Shown here: positions 46,191-56,754 of the stretch, piece after piece | How positions within the stretch are numbered: the stretch's first letter is position 1 | How the letters are laid out: every line of letters starts with the position of its first letter | Assembly: GCA_946409645.1 (NCBI GenBank) | Contig: CAMJXE010000004.1 | Span: 11,420 to 75,419, forward strand | Length of the DNA: 64,000 bases | Direction of reading: 5' to 3' | From: an uncultured Bacteroidales bacterium | Lineage (GTDB): Bacteria > Bacteroidota > Bacteroidia > Bacteroidales > WCHB1-69 | The notes under the pieces: model-generated | What the model saw: the letters and a program-made list of their open reading frames with translations, nothing else | Told to the model about the DNA's origin: nothing | The model's database searches: none | Translations under genes and position numbers: made by a program

Positions 46191-46979
46191 TTACACAAAG
46201 CGCTTTTTGACCAAATCCATGATAAAATTAGGCATCAGGAAGTACATCAACAGGAAAAAATAGTTGATTGGGCCTGGAATTTTGACTCTGCGGCCATGTA
46301 AATTGGCTCTTACGGCGCGTTTAGCAATCTGTTCCGGCGACATCATTATCCCAAATCTGCGAAGATGTCTGCGAGTTTCTTTGGGCAAATTATAAAGATC
46401 TGTATCGACTGCTCCCGGACAAATACAAGTCACTTTCACACCATAATGACTTAATTCAGAGTGGAGTCCTTTCGAGAATCTCAGCAGATAGGCCTTTGTG
46501 GCTTGATAAACCGAAATGGCTGGCACACTCAAATACGCTGTAATGGACGCTGCGTTGATAATGAATCCGCAACGCCGATCTTTCATGTCCTTGCCAAACA
46601 GCGCGCACAAATCTGCCGGTGTGGTGCAGTGCAGCATTGTCATCTTGTGAGTCAGGGCCATCGGTGTTTCCACCACTGCCCCGAAATAGTACATTCCTGC
46701 GTTGTTGACCAGCACTTCCACTATCAGATGCTCACTTTGGCAGTAATCATACAATTCCTGCGCCGCATTAGGCATGGTCAAATCCTGAAAGCGGGAGAGT
46801 ATCTGTTGCTTTGGGAACATGGCTTGCAACTTCTCTTGTGCTTGAGCATTCAAATCTTCCCGATTACTGACAATCAATATGTTATAACCTTTCCGTGCCC
46901 ACTCTTCCGCGTAGGCATAACCAATACCGGAACTTCCGCCAGTAACCAATGCAAAAGCTTTCTCTTTTAAATCACTCAT
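46191..46979 (-). CDS. Short-chain dehydrogenase/reductase
   Basis: VTGGSSGIG, LVNNAG, YQATK, CPGAVDT. Confidence 0.92.
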   Translation of the reverse strand: MSDLKEKAFALVTGGSSGIGYAYAEEWARKGYNILIVSNREDLNAQAQEKLQAMFPKQQILSRFQDLTMPNAAQELYDYCQSEHLIVEVLVNNAGMYYFGAVVETPMALTHKMTMLHCTTPADLCALFGKDMKDRRCGFIINAASITAYLSVPAISVYQATKAYLLRFSKGLHSELSHYGVKVTCICPGAVDTDLYNLPKETRRHLRRFGIMMSPEQIAKRAVRANLHGRRVKIPGPINYFFLLMYFLMPNFIMDLVKKRFV

Positions 46980-47025
46980 ATTTAATTCGTTTATTATGTA
47001 TCTAAAAACCAACTGCGAAAGGCCA

Positions 47026-48228
47026 TTACGATAACATTCTTTGTGCTTTTATAACAGCCTCCACCAATTTATCTGCATCTTCAATTGTATTATATAAGGC
47101 GAACGAGGCGCGAACCGTGCCAGGAATAGCAAAATGTGTCATTATCGGTTGGGTACAGTGGTGCCCTGTTCGTACTGCAACGCCTTGATGATCAAGAAGA
47201 ACACCCATGTCGTATGGATGGATGTTGCCGACAAGGAACGAAATGACACCCGTTTTTTGCTTCGCCTCCCCAATAAATCTCATCCCTTCAATCTGGGAAA
47301 GTTTCTCGGTAGTGTAGGACAGCAGTTCCTGCTCATAGTTTGCAATTTTCTCTAAACCAACACTTTGTATATACTCAATTGCTTTGCGCAGACCAATAAC
47401 ATCACCTACTGACGGTGTACCTGCTTCAAACTTGAACGGCAGGTCATTATAGGTCGTCTTCTCGAAAGTCACATCCTTGATCATCTCGCCTCCGCCTTGA
47501 TAGGGTTTCATTTCATTAAGCCATTGAGCTTTACCGTACATTACACCGATACCCATCGGAGCGTACATTTTATGTCCAGAAAAACAATAAAAGTCGCAAT
47601 TTAGAGCTTGCACATCCACGGGACAATGCGCCACCGCCTGAGCACCATCAACGAGCACAGGCACGTTATGGCTGTGCGCAATGCGGATAATCTCCTCTAT
47701 CGGATTGACTGTGCCAAGCGAGTTGGAGACGTGCGCCACCGCCACTATTTTAGTACGCTCGGTTATCAAAGTCTCCAAATCGTTGATTATCAATTCGCCT
47801 CGGTCGTTAAAAGGCAACACCTTGAGTTTGGCATTTCGCTCCTCGCATACCAATTGCCAGGGCACAATATTGGAATGATGTTCCATTTCGGAGACGATGA
47901 CCTCATCTCCCTGGCGCAGATAGGTTCTGCCAAAGGAGGAAGCCACGAGATTGATGGACTCCGTGGCACCGCGTGTAAAGACAACCTCCTGCGTGGTAGG
48001 GGCATTGATGTACTGTCGCACAGCTTCGCGTGCCATCTCAAACTCGTTGGTGGCTATTTGGCTAAGACAGTGCACCCCGCGATGGATGTTACTATTGATG
48101 CGATTGTAGTAATCGCTTAACGCATCTATCACAAGCTGAGGCTTTTGCGTGGTCGCGGCATTGTCCAAATAGATTAAAGGCTTGCCATAGACCTGTTCGT
48201 TCAATATGGGAAAATCGGATCTATTCAT
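47026..48228 (-). CDS. sufS: Cysteine desulfurase, SufS/CsdA type
   Basis: YLDNAATTQKP, EHHSNIVPW, FSGHKMY, RTGHHC. Confidence 0.95.
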   Translation of the reverse strand: MNRSDFPILNEQVYGKPLIYLDNAATTQKPQLVIDALSDYYNRINSNIHRGVHCLSQIATNEFEMAREAVRQYINAPTTQEVVFTRGATESINLVASSFGRTYLRQGDEVIVSEMEHHSNIVPWQLVCEERNAKLKVLPFNDRGELIINDLETLITERTKIVAVAHVSNSLGTVNPIEEIIRIAHSHNVPVLVDGAQAVAHCPVDVQALNCDFYCFSGHKMYAPMGIGVMYGKAQWLNEMKPYQGGGEMIKDVTFEKTTYNDLPFKFEAGTPSVGDVIGLRKAIEYIQSVGLEKIANYEQELLSYTTEKLSQIEGMRFIGEAKQKTGVISFLVGNIHPYDMGVLLDHQGVAVRTGHHCTQPIMTHFAIPGTVRASFALYNTIEDADKLVEAVIKAQRMLS

Positions 48229-48736
48229 GAAACTGTGAATTATCGTTATCTTCTGTGTTTATTTGATGATTGATGGTATTATTATCTTGATTATCAAATG
48301 GTTTCATAAAGCGCAACTGAGTAGCATACATCAAAACCCACAACACGGAGGAGATGATTCCGTTCATATTCATGGCCGCCATCCCGCCGATGACAAAATT
48401 AAGCACGCAAAACTCAAGGATTTTGCCAATCGTGTAAACGTGAAACCCCGCTTGATTCAACTTCACCAGCAGCAAAAACGCACCTATGAACAGCATGGTC
48501 TCCACTAAGGTGAGCAGCAAATACTGCCAACTAGTGATGGAAGTATATAACGAAAGAATCTGCTCTGCCTGATCTGCGGTGAACATCTTCGTTTCTTTGA
48601 TAATTTCCATGGATTTCAACATATAATCAGGGGCAATGGCCCAACTGATGTAAGAGATAGCGGAAAAAAAGGCACCCACCATCGTCATGATGCCCAAAAT
48701 CCATAGAATTGGTGTTCTTTTTGGTTGATTATCCAT
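48221..48736 (-). CDS. Hypothetical membrane protein
   Basis: Several hydrophobic segments; sits in line between tilS and sufS. Confidence 0.75.
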   Translation of the reverse strand: MDNQPKRTPILWILGIMTMVGAFFSAISYISWAIAPDYMLKSMEIIKETKMFTADQAEQILSLYTSITSWQYLLLTLVETMLFIGAFLLLVKLNQAGFHVYTIGKILEFCVLNFVIGGMAAMNMNGIISSVLWVLMYATQLRFMKPFDNQDNNTINHQINTEDNDNSQFHE

Positions 48737-48742
48737 TATTTG

Positions 48743-50089
48743 CTAATTATATTTGTGATTGAACCCTCCTAACGCTCTTGAAAGAGGGCGTAACTTATAA
48801 CACTCGGCATTTGTTTTCGTCACTTTAAACCGATCATCAGAACGCCAACCGACAATCCAAACAATTTGATTATCAGCACATAACAGACGAATTCTTTCTT
48901 TCGTGAAACGGTCGATTTTGTGATTGGTGAAGAAATCGCTGAGCTTTTGCCGCCCCTTGACCCCAAGAGGATAAAAATAGTCACCCTGCTGCCAAGAACG
49001 GATTTGCAACGGAAACGTCAATTTCTCCTTCGGGACATATAAGATATCGGGATTCTTATCAAACGTCATATCTTTCTGATATTCAAACTCTTCAATATCA
49101 AAATATTGTTTTAATTGTTCTAATGATTCGATGTTGACAATAGCTTTTTCTGCTTTTTCTTTTGGTTGAACAATCAGGAAATCCCTATCTATCAATAAGA
49201 TATACTTTTCTGAAAAAAATTGTTTACCCGATTGGAAAGAAACATTTTCCGCCAGTTTCTCAATGACCTCAGGAGGAAAATCAAAATCGATAAGTATCTC
49301 ATATAAAACAAGTTCCTTATCGTTACTCTGCTCAAGCAGAGAACGATTAATCAGATATTGATGATCCTTTTGTTGAAGAACTCTACGCTTTTCTTCCCCT
49401 ATATGTTTCTGATAATAAATATATTGTCTTTGCAGAACTGTTCGTGAATGAGCATTGGTGTGCAAGAACTGCGGATTAAGCACTTCCATTTGAGGAATAA
49501 CGGAGTGACGTATGCGATTACGGGCTATGGCTTCGTCGTGATTGGTATAATCCTCTAAATATTCAACATGGTGATTTTCAGCATATTGACGGATTTCATG
49601 TGCTGTAAAAATCAGCATAGGCCGAATGACTTTGCCATTCACGGGAGGAATGCCGCAAAGCCCTTTCAAACCAGTACCGCGGCAGAGATTGAGAAGCACT
49701 GTCTCGGTAGCGTCAGTGGCTTGATGGGCGGTAACAAGATGGTCGAAATCAGCGGAAACCTCTGAAAACCAATCGTAGCGAAGTTCGCGAGCTATCATCT
49801 CCACCGATTTCCCGGAATTTTTCTGCACACCAAGGGTATCAAATTCGCGCAAGAGGAATGGCACTTGCCATTTTTCGGCTACTTGCTGTACAAAACGCAT
49901 ATCACGGTTTGAGTCGTCACCACGAAGATGGAAGTTGCAGTGCGCCATCGCGAAGCGAATTCCCGCCTCATGGAACAGTGTCGCCGCGACCATCGAGTCT
50001 GCGCCGCCGCTCACCGCCAAGAGGTAGTTTTTTTGCAGTGCCTCCTCGCCCGCCAATGTTTGTAATTCCAGCAAAAAACGTGATATCAT
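48743..50089 (-). CDS. tilS: tRNA(Ile)-lysidine synthetase
   Basis: AVSGGADS, HCNFHLRG, ARELRY, TAHQ, RNRIRH, C-terminal R..Q.GD domain. Confidence 0.95.
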   Translation of the reverse strand: MISRFLLELQTLAGEEALQKNYLLAVSGGADSMVAATLFHEAGIRFAMAHCNFHLRGDDSNRDMRFVQQVAEKWQVPFLLREFDTLGVQKNSGKSVEMIARELRYDWFSEVSADFDHLVTAHQATDATETVLLNLCRGTGLKGLCGIPPVNGKVIRPMLIFTAHEIRQYAENHHVEYLEDYTNHDEAIARNRIRHSVIPQMEVLNPQFLHTNAHSRTVLQRQYIYYQKHIGEEKRRVLQQKDHQYLINRSLLEQSNDKELVLYEILIDFDFPPEVIEKLAENVSFQSGKQFFSEKYILLIDRDFLIVQPKEKAEKAIVNIESLEQLKQYFDIEEFEYQKDMTFDKNPDILYVPKEKLTFPLQIRSWQQGDYFYPLGVKGRQKLSDFFTNHKIDRFTKERIRLLCADNQIVWIVGWRSDDRFKVTKTNAECYKLRPLSRALGGFNHKYN

Positions 50090-50092
50090 CGC

Positions 50093-51067
50093 CTATGATT
50101 CCAGTTCAGAACGAACTTTGAAATATCGTCTGATTTCCATCTGCATATACTCGAACGAGCCGAAATTGACCGTTTTAGGCACCTCTTCCTTTCGCATCAT
50201 CACCATACCTGAACCAGTAACGTCAACATAAGGAGTGATATCTGCCTCCACGGCGAATGTCAATTCTAAATCACGAACGGTCACGCGGTCGTAACCACTG
50301 CTAACCTCCTCATACAGAATGCCGTTCTCTTCACAAAAAGCTTGCAACTGCGGAACGGTCGCATCCCACATTTCCGGCTTTTCATTCGCATTAAAGAAAA
50401 AAATCACGGCATTGAAGTCGGGCAAAGTATCCACAATTTCAGATTTCTCGAAGCGCCCTTGGTCATTGATGAAAAACTGCTCCACAACTTTCGATTTGCG
50501 ATGGAATTTTTCCGGGTCACGAATGAAATCCTGCTTGGTAGCTTTCGAAACAGAGTGTATCCATTCGTACTCTTTGGTGGTACGGAATTGTCCATCCACG
50601 GTGCGTAGTGTCTGCCAAATTTCGGTCTCCAACTCCTCGTCGCGCTGGTTGGCGATACTGACTGCCACGGGCAGCACGTCAAGAATGCGCTGGGTGCCGA
50701 ATCCGGAAGTTACGACAAGATAGTTCCACTCGCGGTTTTCAGACTGCACCAGCCATAGTTCTCGGCCTTCTGGGAGCCGTTCTACGCACTCCACGCCCCA
50801 CTCTTTCGGAAAATCGGCCTTTGCGCTCCATTTCTTCCCTTGAAAGTCCCTCGACTTTTCCAAGAAAGATTCCAACACCTCTTCCTGAATTGGATAAAGC
50901 GTAGTCTGGCTGTGAACATCCGCAAACAAAGTGTCGCGGATCACCTCCATGGGGTAGATGACCGATTCTTCTGGACTGTCATTTTGATTATTTCTTCTTG
51001 ATAAACAATTAGTTAGAAGAAAAATCAGCGTAAAGCATAAAAAGGCGGTTAAATGGTTTTTCTTCAT
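50093..51067 (-). CDS. Hypothetical lipoprotein
   Basis: MKKNHLTAFLCFTLIFLLTNC lipobox-like start; promoter box at 51081-51088. Confidence 0.75.
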   Translation of the reverse strand: MKKNHLTAFLCFTLIFLLTNCLSRRNNQNDSPEESVIYPMEVIRDTLFADVHSQTTLYPIQEEVLESFLEKSRDFQGKKWSAKADFPKEWGVECVERLPEGRELWLVQSENREWNYLVVTSGFGTQRILDVLPVAVSIANQRDEELETEIWQTLRTVDGQFRTTKEYEWIHSVSKATKQDFIRDPEKFHRKSKVVEQFFINDQGRFEKSEIVDTLPDFNAVIFFFNANEKPEMWDATVPQLQAFCEENGILYEEVSSGYDRVTVRDLELTFAVEADITPYVDVTGSGMVMMRKEEVPKTVNFGSFEYMQMEIRRYFKVRSELES

Positions 51068-51191
51068 CTTAAATTTTTTGCAAAGGTACATAAAATTTCA
51101 AAAATGGCGTATGGAAAAATTGTACCTTTGCTTTTGTTCCTCTCAAAGAGAATATTACGTAAAAATAATTAATAATCAAACCGTTACAAAG

Positions 51192-52403
51192 ATGAAAAAT
51201 ACTTTATTACAACGTTTCAGCAAGTACATTTCCTACGCCACCACTGCTGATCCAGAGTCAGAAACCTATCCGAGCACCCAAGCATTACTCGACTTTGCCG
51301 ATGTGATGGTGGAAGAGTTGAAAAATATTGGTATGCAAAATGTTACGAAAGACCAACACGGTTATGTAACGGCGCTGCTTCCCTCCAACACCACGGAAAA
51401 ACAGCCTGTCATTGGATTTATGGCCCATTTAGACACCGCCCCTGACATGCCCGGTATTGCAGCGCCCGTCATCATCCCCAACTACGATGGCGGCACTATT
51501 GTTTTAGACAAGGAATCCAACACGGTACTCTCACCCGAGGAGTTTCCAGAACTATTGGATTACAAGGGGTTAACGATTCTTACCACGGACGGTAAAACGC
51601 TTCTCGGCGCCGACGACAAAGCCGGTGTGGCTGAGATTGTCTGCGCCATGGAGTACCTTATCCAGCACCCGGAAATCAAGCACGGCGATATCAAAGTGGC
51701 CTTCTCACACGACGAAGAAGTCGGAAACGGCGTGAAATTCTTTGACGTAGAGGCTTTTGGATGTGATTTCGCTTACACCATGGACGGCGGTGCCATTGGT
51801 GAGTTGGAGTTCGAAAATTTCAACGCTGCCGGTGCCACTATCCATATCCAAGGGAAAAATATCCATCCGGGTTACGCCAAAAACAAGATGGTGAATTCTC
51901 AGCTTATCGCTATGGAACTCAACACTTTACTTCCCGCAGCGCAACGTCCCGAACACACGCAGGACTACGAAGGGTTCTTCCTGCTCACCCGCATCGACGG
52001 CACAGTAGAGGAAACGAAGATGTCGTACATAATCCGAAACCACGACAGAGCACTTTTCGAATCACAGAAAAAATTCATGCAGGACATTGTCAACTTCCTG
52101 AATATCAAATATAACAACTGCGTCACCTGTGAGATTAAGGACCAATACTACAATATGCGCGAGAAGGTGGAACCTGTCTATTATGTGGTAGAACGTGCGG
52201 TAAAAGCGATGAAAGAGGCCGATGTGGAACCTGTCATCGTACCCATCCGTGGAGGTACCGACGGCGCGAACCTTTCGTTCCGTAATTTGCCCTGTCCCAA
52301 CATCTTCGCTGGCGGCCACAACTTCCACGGCAAATACGAATATGTACCTTTGGAGTCGATGGTAAAGGCCACGGAAGTAATCATCAATATTGCAAAGTGT
52401 TAA
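51192..52403 (+). CDS. pepT: Peptidase T
   Basis: HLDTAPD, LGADDKAG, DEEVG, PIRGGTDG, NFHGKYE; ATG 51192 downstream of promoter TACCTTTG at 51123. Confidence 0.96.
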   Translation: MKNTLLQRFSKYISYATTADPESETYPSTQALLDFADVMVEELKNIGMQNVTKDQHGYVTALLPSNTTEKQPVIGFMAHLDTAPDMPGIAAPVIIPNYDGGTIVLDKESNTVLSPEEFPELLDYKGLTILTTDGKTLLGADDKAGVAEIVCAMEYLIQHPEIKHGDIKVAFSHDEEVGNGVKFFDVEAFGCDFAYTMDGGAIGELEFENFNAAGATIHIQGKNIHPGYAKNKMVNSQLIAMELNTLLPAAQRPEHTQDYEGFFLLTRIDGTVEETKMSYIIRNHDRALFESQKKFMQDIVNFLNIKYNNCVTCEIKDQYYNMREKVEPVYYVVERAVKAMKEADVEPVIVPIRGGTDGANLSFRNLPCPNIFAGGHNFHGKYEYVPLESMVKATEVIINIAKC

Positions 52404-52420
52404 TCTCCAAGCAGATTACA

Positions 52421-52455
52421 AAAAAGGCGCGAACGTTACATTCGCGCCATTTTTG
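52421..52455 (+). terminator. Intrinsic terminator of pepT
   Basis: aaaaaggcgcgaa-loop-ttcgcgccattttt. Confidence 0.8.
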
Positions 52456-52501
52456 TTTGAATAAGATACTCAAAAAAATTATATTTTTGCGCCCCCAAAT
52501 C

Positions 52502-52573
52502 GGTCCTGTAGTTCAATGGATAGAACGAAAGTTTCCTAAACTTTAAATTTGGGTTCGATTCCCAGCGGGACTA
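52502..52573 (+). tRNA. tRNA-Arg (anticodon CCT)
   Basis: Acceptor GGTCCTG/CGGGACT, anticodon stem AAAGT-TTCCTAA-ACTTT, TTCGA T-loop; CCA not encoded. Confidence 0.95.
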
Positions 52574-52577
52574 CGAC

Positions 52578-52606
52578 GTAGAGACGCAATTTCATTGCGT
52601 CTCTGC
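52578..52606. repeat. GTAG-type REP-like palindrome
   Basis: gtagagacgcaat-ttc-attgcgtctctgc, 4 nt after the tRNA. Confidence 0.85.
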
Positions 52607-52644
52607 ATTTTTATCGCAATTCCTCCTCTTTCATCGTCTCATCG

Positions 52645-53211
52645 TCAAAAATCATACCCCACCATCTCCCCGTGCGGGTGAATGATGGTGTAACGCGTGA
52701 ACCGCTCGTCGGCGTCGAAACCGTCACCGTAATTCACGGAACCGTCACGCTTGACCTGCTTTACCGACTTTGTGGAGTAGATGACCCGCCTCCGCTGGTC
52801 CCAAATCACCTCATCCGTTATCACTGAATCACCGTTCGCCAAATCAAAAATGACCACGTTGTCTGTAGCTTTGAACAAGTTGTTATTGATCTGACAGGCA
52901 TAACCAGCTGTGATGATCGCCTGGCGACGACCATAATCATTAAACGAAATGATGGAAATGCCCTCAGGACAATCAACATAGGAGGTGTCGTCACTATTAT
53001 ATCGATTCAACATAGGCGTAGTCACGATGAAACTGGTTCGGGCGGAATCGCTGACGGTAATCGTCATATTTTCAGCGGATTCGTCTGGAAACTTGCCCTC
53101 GTATTCCAACAGCTGCGTTTTACTACCTGAGGATTTACAAGCAGCAAAAAGCATCATAATGCACGAGGCGATTATGATGCTTTTGATGATGTATTTAAGT
53201 CTAAATGACAT
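52645..53211 (-). CDS. lptC: LPS export periplasmic protein LptC
   Basis: Lipoprotein-like N-terminus; ITAGYA, A.DNVV, T.EVIWDQ, YG.GF.ADE; conserved position after coaX-OMP-TPR. Confidence 0.85.
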   Translation of the reverse strand: MSFRLKYIIKSIIIASCIMMLFAACKSSGSKTQLLEYEGKFPDESAENMTITVSDSARTSFIVTTPMLNRYNSDDTSYVDCPEGISIISFNDYGRRQAIITAGYACQINNNLFKATDNVVIFDLANGDSVITDEVIWDQRRRVIYSTKSVKQVKRDGSVNYGDGFDADERFTRYTIIHPHGEMVGYDF

Positions 53212-53217
53212 TCTGGA

Positions 53218-54669
53218 TTATCTCACAGTCGTATTCTCTTGAATCCAGCAACCCACATGGTAGGAATCGCCAGAGTTCATACCGCGTTTGAAGAGTTCTT
53301 CCTTACTGGGAAATCTCAGTTTAGAACGTTGTTTGTTGGCATCATCTGCGCAGCTGGGATCCACGGCAGCGGCTTTCGCATATTTGTCGGCAGCAGCCCA
53401 GGCGTATCCGCCAGGAACCTTTTCGTCGCCACATCTGCCACCAGAGTTAGCATAAAGATCGCCAATCAAGATATAAGCCTTGCCCATATTAGGTCTCGCT
53501 TTCAATGCATCGTAAGCAGATGAACGAGCTTCGGAGAAAGAACCTTTCATACGATAAGCCAGTGCCAACATGTAGTACGCTTCAGCGGTTTGTTCGTGAG
53601 TTTCACTCAATTTGGCAGCTTCTTTGAAGTATTCAATAGCTTCGGTAAGTTCCTCAGCTGATTGGTTCTGCGCATAGTTCTTGAAGGTGAGGTTACCCAT
53701 CATGAACGCGGTGTTGCGGCTCGGACTGGCTTTGTGCAAAATTGCCAAACCGTCTTGGAACACTTGGCTGTTGGTGCAACCGCCCTTGAACATGGTGTTC
53801 ACCATTTTGCTGACAGCGGCCAAATCGCCCTTGATGTCATCGAACTTCTTGGTGTAAAGCATATCCAGAACTTCGCAAGAAGCGTATGGAGTCACAGCGT
53901 TGTTGACCTTGGCCAATGTTTTGCGATAGTTGACGATGAGCTTCTGCTGACGGGTGGTGTCTTGGATGTATTTCTTGGCTTGCTTGTCGAAAGCCATGCG
54001 GTCCAATTCGCCATTGTCCAGCTTCTTCTGAAGCTCTTCCAAAGCATCGGCACTGGTTTCGTAAGCCTTCGTGGCATTAAGGATAGAGAGGTCAATGTAG
54101 TCGGTAGCACGCTCGTAAGCTTCAACCACAATAGAGGTGTCTCTCTTAGCTTTGGTCATGTTCTCTGCCAATTGGAAGTATGCATCCCAAACAGCAGGTT
54201 GGGTGTTCTCTTTCTCCATTTCCACAGATTGCACAAACCAATCGAAAGCCTTTTCATACTCGGTTTTTCTGTAGCGGATGGTGTTGTAAGCCTTCAAACC
54301 CAAACCAGAACCTGGAGTAAACTTATCAGGGAAATAGGTGCTACGAACATCAAAAGTGTACATCAAAGAGTCGATGAGCAACTCACGACGTGCGGAATCT
54401 TTTTCGTCCTTGATCAGATTCTGGAACATCGTCTGAGCATTGGTGTAGATGCCATCCCATGAGCACGGACTGTGTTGGATAACATATTGCCATGCTTCGT
54501 ATGCATCTGCGTATGCTTTGGCATTGTAAAAAGTACGGAAGTTTGTGATTTGTTCAAGGCATTTCAATGAATCAGCCTCATTGGCTCCGTAAGTGAAGGA
54601 GCAGGGTTTCTGAGCGAAGATAAAACTACCGCTGACAACCAATGCGATGATAGCTACAATCTTTTTCAT
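53218..54669 (-). CDS. Secreted TPR-repeat protein
   Basis: Signal peptide, helical TPR-like repeats, Y.VGCWIQE.T.VR end. Confidence 0.8.
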   Translation of the reverse strand: MKKIVAIIALVVSGSFIFAQKPCSFTYGANEADSLKCLEQITNFRTFYNAKAYADAYEAWQYVIQHSPCSWDGIYTNAQTMFQNLIKDEKDSARRELLIDSLMYTFDVRSTYFPDKFTPGSGLGLKAYNTIRYRKTEYEKAFDWFVQSVEMEKENTQPAVWDAYFQLAENMTKAKRDTSIVVEAYERATDYIDLSILNATKAYETSADALEELQKKLDNGELDRMAFDKQAKKYIQDTTRQQKLIVNYRKTLAKVNNAVTPYASCEVLDMLYTKKFDDIKGDLAAVSKMVNTMFKGGCTNSQVFQDGLAILHKASPSRNTAFMMGNLTFKNYAQNQSAEELTEAIEYFKEAAKLSETHEQTAEAYYMLALAYRMKGSFSEARSSAYDALKARPNMGKAYILIGDLYANSGGRCGDEKVPGGYAWAAADKYAKAAAVDPSCADDANKQRSKLRFPSKEELFKRGMNSGDSYHVGCWIQENTTVR

Positions 54670-54703
54670 TTTTTTTCGTTTTTTATAGGGTTATAACTTA
54701 TTA

Positions 54704-55984
54704 TTAATCTAACTTAACTCTTTGGTACCAACGTTCTTGTAAGGTAAAGCACAAAGCGACGCGAAAGTAGTTCTGACGTACCAAGTTGTTGGCCAGCGTT
54801 CCTATTTTTCCATATTCGAACATGAGGTTTATCGACGAGTGGGTGTTGAACGTAGTGAGTGGAACACCTACGCCAATACAGACTCCGAATTCGGAAATAG
54901 GTTTATTGTGCAATCTCAATTCTCCGGTGGAATATTTTCCGCCTAAACGGAAAGTCATTTTTTTAAAGAACTTGTTGGAGAATGGATCGGGGATATATTG
55001 GAAGCCAACAGAGGTGGTAATGGAGTTATGCAGTGAATCGGAAGGCTTCATAAACTGGAAGTTATCCCAATTACGCCAAGTCACATCGGCTGCCACAGTC
55101 ATCTTGTTTTTGTAGGTGTAACTCAATCCGCCACCCACCGACTGCGGGATATTCAACCTGCCCTGCACACCGTCTTCATAAAGAATAGTGTCATACGAGG
55201 AGGTGGAAAGATAGCTCCCTGAATAGGAGTTCACCAACAGTTTCTCTTGTGCCCAAATGTAGGCAGTGTTGCCATATACTGCACCCAATCCAACACGATG
55301 ATTTTCACCCACATTGAACATATATTGAATACCAGCATCGAGATAGATGCCTTTGACTTGATAGGCATTGCTGATAAATGTGTTAAGGTAGTTATCCCCA
55401 CCAAAATCAGTGTTTCGATAAGAGAAAATGGTTCCGAACATGTAACTGGCATTCAATCCGATACTTAAACCTTTGCATATCTTGAAGGCATTGCCCCAAT
55501 AGAGTTGATAGACACCGCCCGATCCGCTGTAAGCGTAATCTACCTCCCCGATGTTGTCTATATGTTCACTTGTCTCGATATCATAGCCCACGGAACTGAA
55601 AGGCAAAATTCCAAGACTGGTGCGCCAATGCCGTGTGACGGGCAAACCGATTGCTAAATAGCCTGGTTGGGCGTAAGTGTTCTGTTGTGTCTGGGAATTC
55701 TGGGCCAAATTGGAGATGAAGACGGAAGCCCCCACATCTGCCACTAACGACAGGGAATCAAAGGATGCGTAAGAGGCAGGATTTCGGAAATTGATGTAAT
55801 ATGGATTCTGCATAGCATACGACACTCCTCCCATTGCATCCAATATGCCATTGGAGGAACGGTTAAGAACTCCTATGCCATAACTGGAATAGGGCGAATT
55901 GATTTCGTTTTGCCCCTGTGCAGAAAAGAAGAAGAGGGCACAAAACAAAAACATCCATACTATATGGTCAACCTTCCGAAACAT
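54704..55984 (-). CDS. Outer-membrane beta-barrel protein (FadL/PorV-like)
   Basis: NSPYSSYGIG, MGG, NPAS start; alternating beta-strands; ERW end. Confidence 0.75.
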   Translation of the reverse strand: MFRKVDHIVWMFLFCALFFFSAQGQNEINSPYSSYGIGVLNRSSNGILDAMGGVSYAMQNPYYINFRNPASYASFDSLSLVADVGASVFISNLAQNSQTQQNTYAQPGYLAIGLPVTRHWRTSLGILPFSSVGYDIETSEHIDNIGEVDYAYSGSGGVYQLYWGNAFKICKGLSIGLNASYMFGTIFSYRNTDFGGDNYLNTFISNAYQVKGIYLDAGIQYMFNVGENHRVGLGAVYGNTAYIWAQEKLLVNSYSGSYLSTSSYDTILYEDGVQGRLNIPQSVGGGLSYTYKNKMTVAADVTWRNWDNFQFMKPSDSLHNSITTSVGFQYIPDPFSNKFFKKMTFRLGGKYSTGELRLHNKPISEFGVCIGVGVPLTTFNTHSSINLMFEYGKIGTLANNLVRQNYFRVALCFTLQERWYQRVKLD

Positions 55985-56699
55985 TCAGTTTTAATATTTT
56001 ATGCAATCCGAGCAGAATCGGATTTTGGGCGGCAAAGATACGTTTTTTTATGAAATTTCGAAGCAGTTCTGAATCACCCCCTGAAAAAATCACTTTCAGG
56101 GACGAGAAATCCTGCTCGTAGCGGGCAATCAGACCGTCAATTTCGCTGGCCATACCTAATATCACACCCGAAAGAATGGACTTTTGCGTGGTGTCTCCAA
56201 TCATAAAATCTATATTTTCAGGTTCCACAAACGGTAAACGCGCGGTGAAATGCGACAACGCTTGGAAGCGCATCCGCAATCCCGGAGAGATACTTCCTCC
56301 TAAATATTCGCCCTCTGCATTCACAAAATCCGCGACCAAACAGGTGCCCGCCATGATGGACAAAACATGGGAATGAGGATATAATGTACTGGCACCCACA
56401 GCATTGGCGATACGATCTGTACCCAATGTCTCCGGAGTGGCATAGCGCATCGTGATGGGCAAACGACATCGGTGATTGAACCAGACCAGCTGCGTGCGCA
56501 CCGACAACCACGCCATCGCCTCCGCCTCCTCGGAACCCACCGACGACACTATTGCACGTCCGAAAGCATACTCCGCAAACAGCTCCTCCAAAAACGACAC
56601 CGTCAGCTGTTTCTCGTAAAAGAGCTGAACCAATTCACCCTCCTCCGAACAAACCGCCACCTTCCGTAACGTGTTCCCGATGTCAATCACTAAATCCAT
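55968..56699 (-). CDS. coaX: Type III pantothenate kinase
   Basis: IDIGNT, TLGTDR, GGSISPG, SGGD. Confidence 0.95.
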   Translation of the reverse strand: MDLVIDIGNTLRKVAVCSEEGELVQLFYEKQLTVSFLEELFAEYAFGRAIVSSVGSEEAEAMAWLSVRTQLVWFNHRCRLPITMRYATPETLGTDRIANAVGASTLYPHSHVLSIMAGTCLVADFVNAEGEYLGGSISPGLRMRFQALSHFTARLPFVEPENIDFMIGDTTQKSILSGVILGMASEIDGLIARYEQDFSSLKVIFSGGDSELLRNFIKKRIFAAQNPILLGLHKILKLNVSEG

Positions 56700-56729
56700 A
56701 ATAGTTAGCAGTTATGTGTACTCCTCACA

Positions 56730-56754
56730 ACTTGAAACTTGAAACCTGAAACCT
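56730..56754. repeat. Heptamer tandem repeat AC(T/C)TGAA x3.5
   Basis: acttgaa acttgaa acctgaa acct between pdxA and coaX. Confidence 0.75.

Noticed and set aside
52502-52610. tRNA-Arg as an integration site
   Set aside because: No duplicated tRNA 3' end or integrase was seen, and the flanking genes are core genes.
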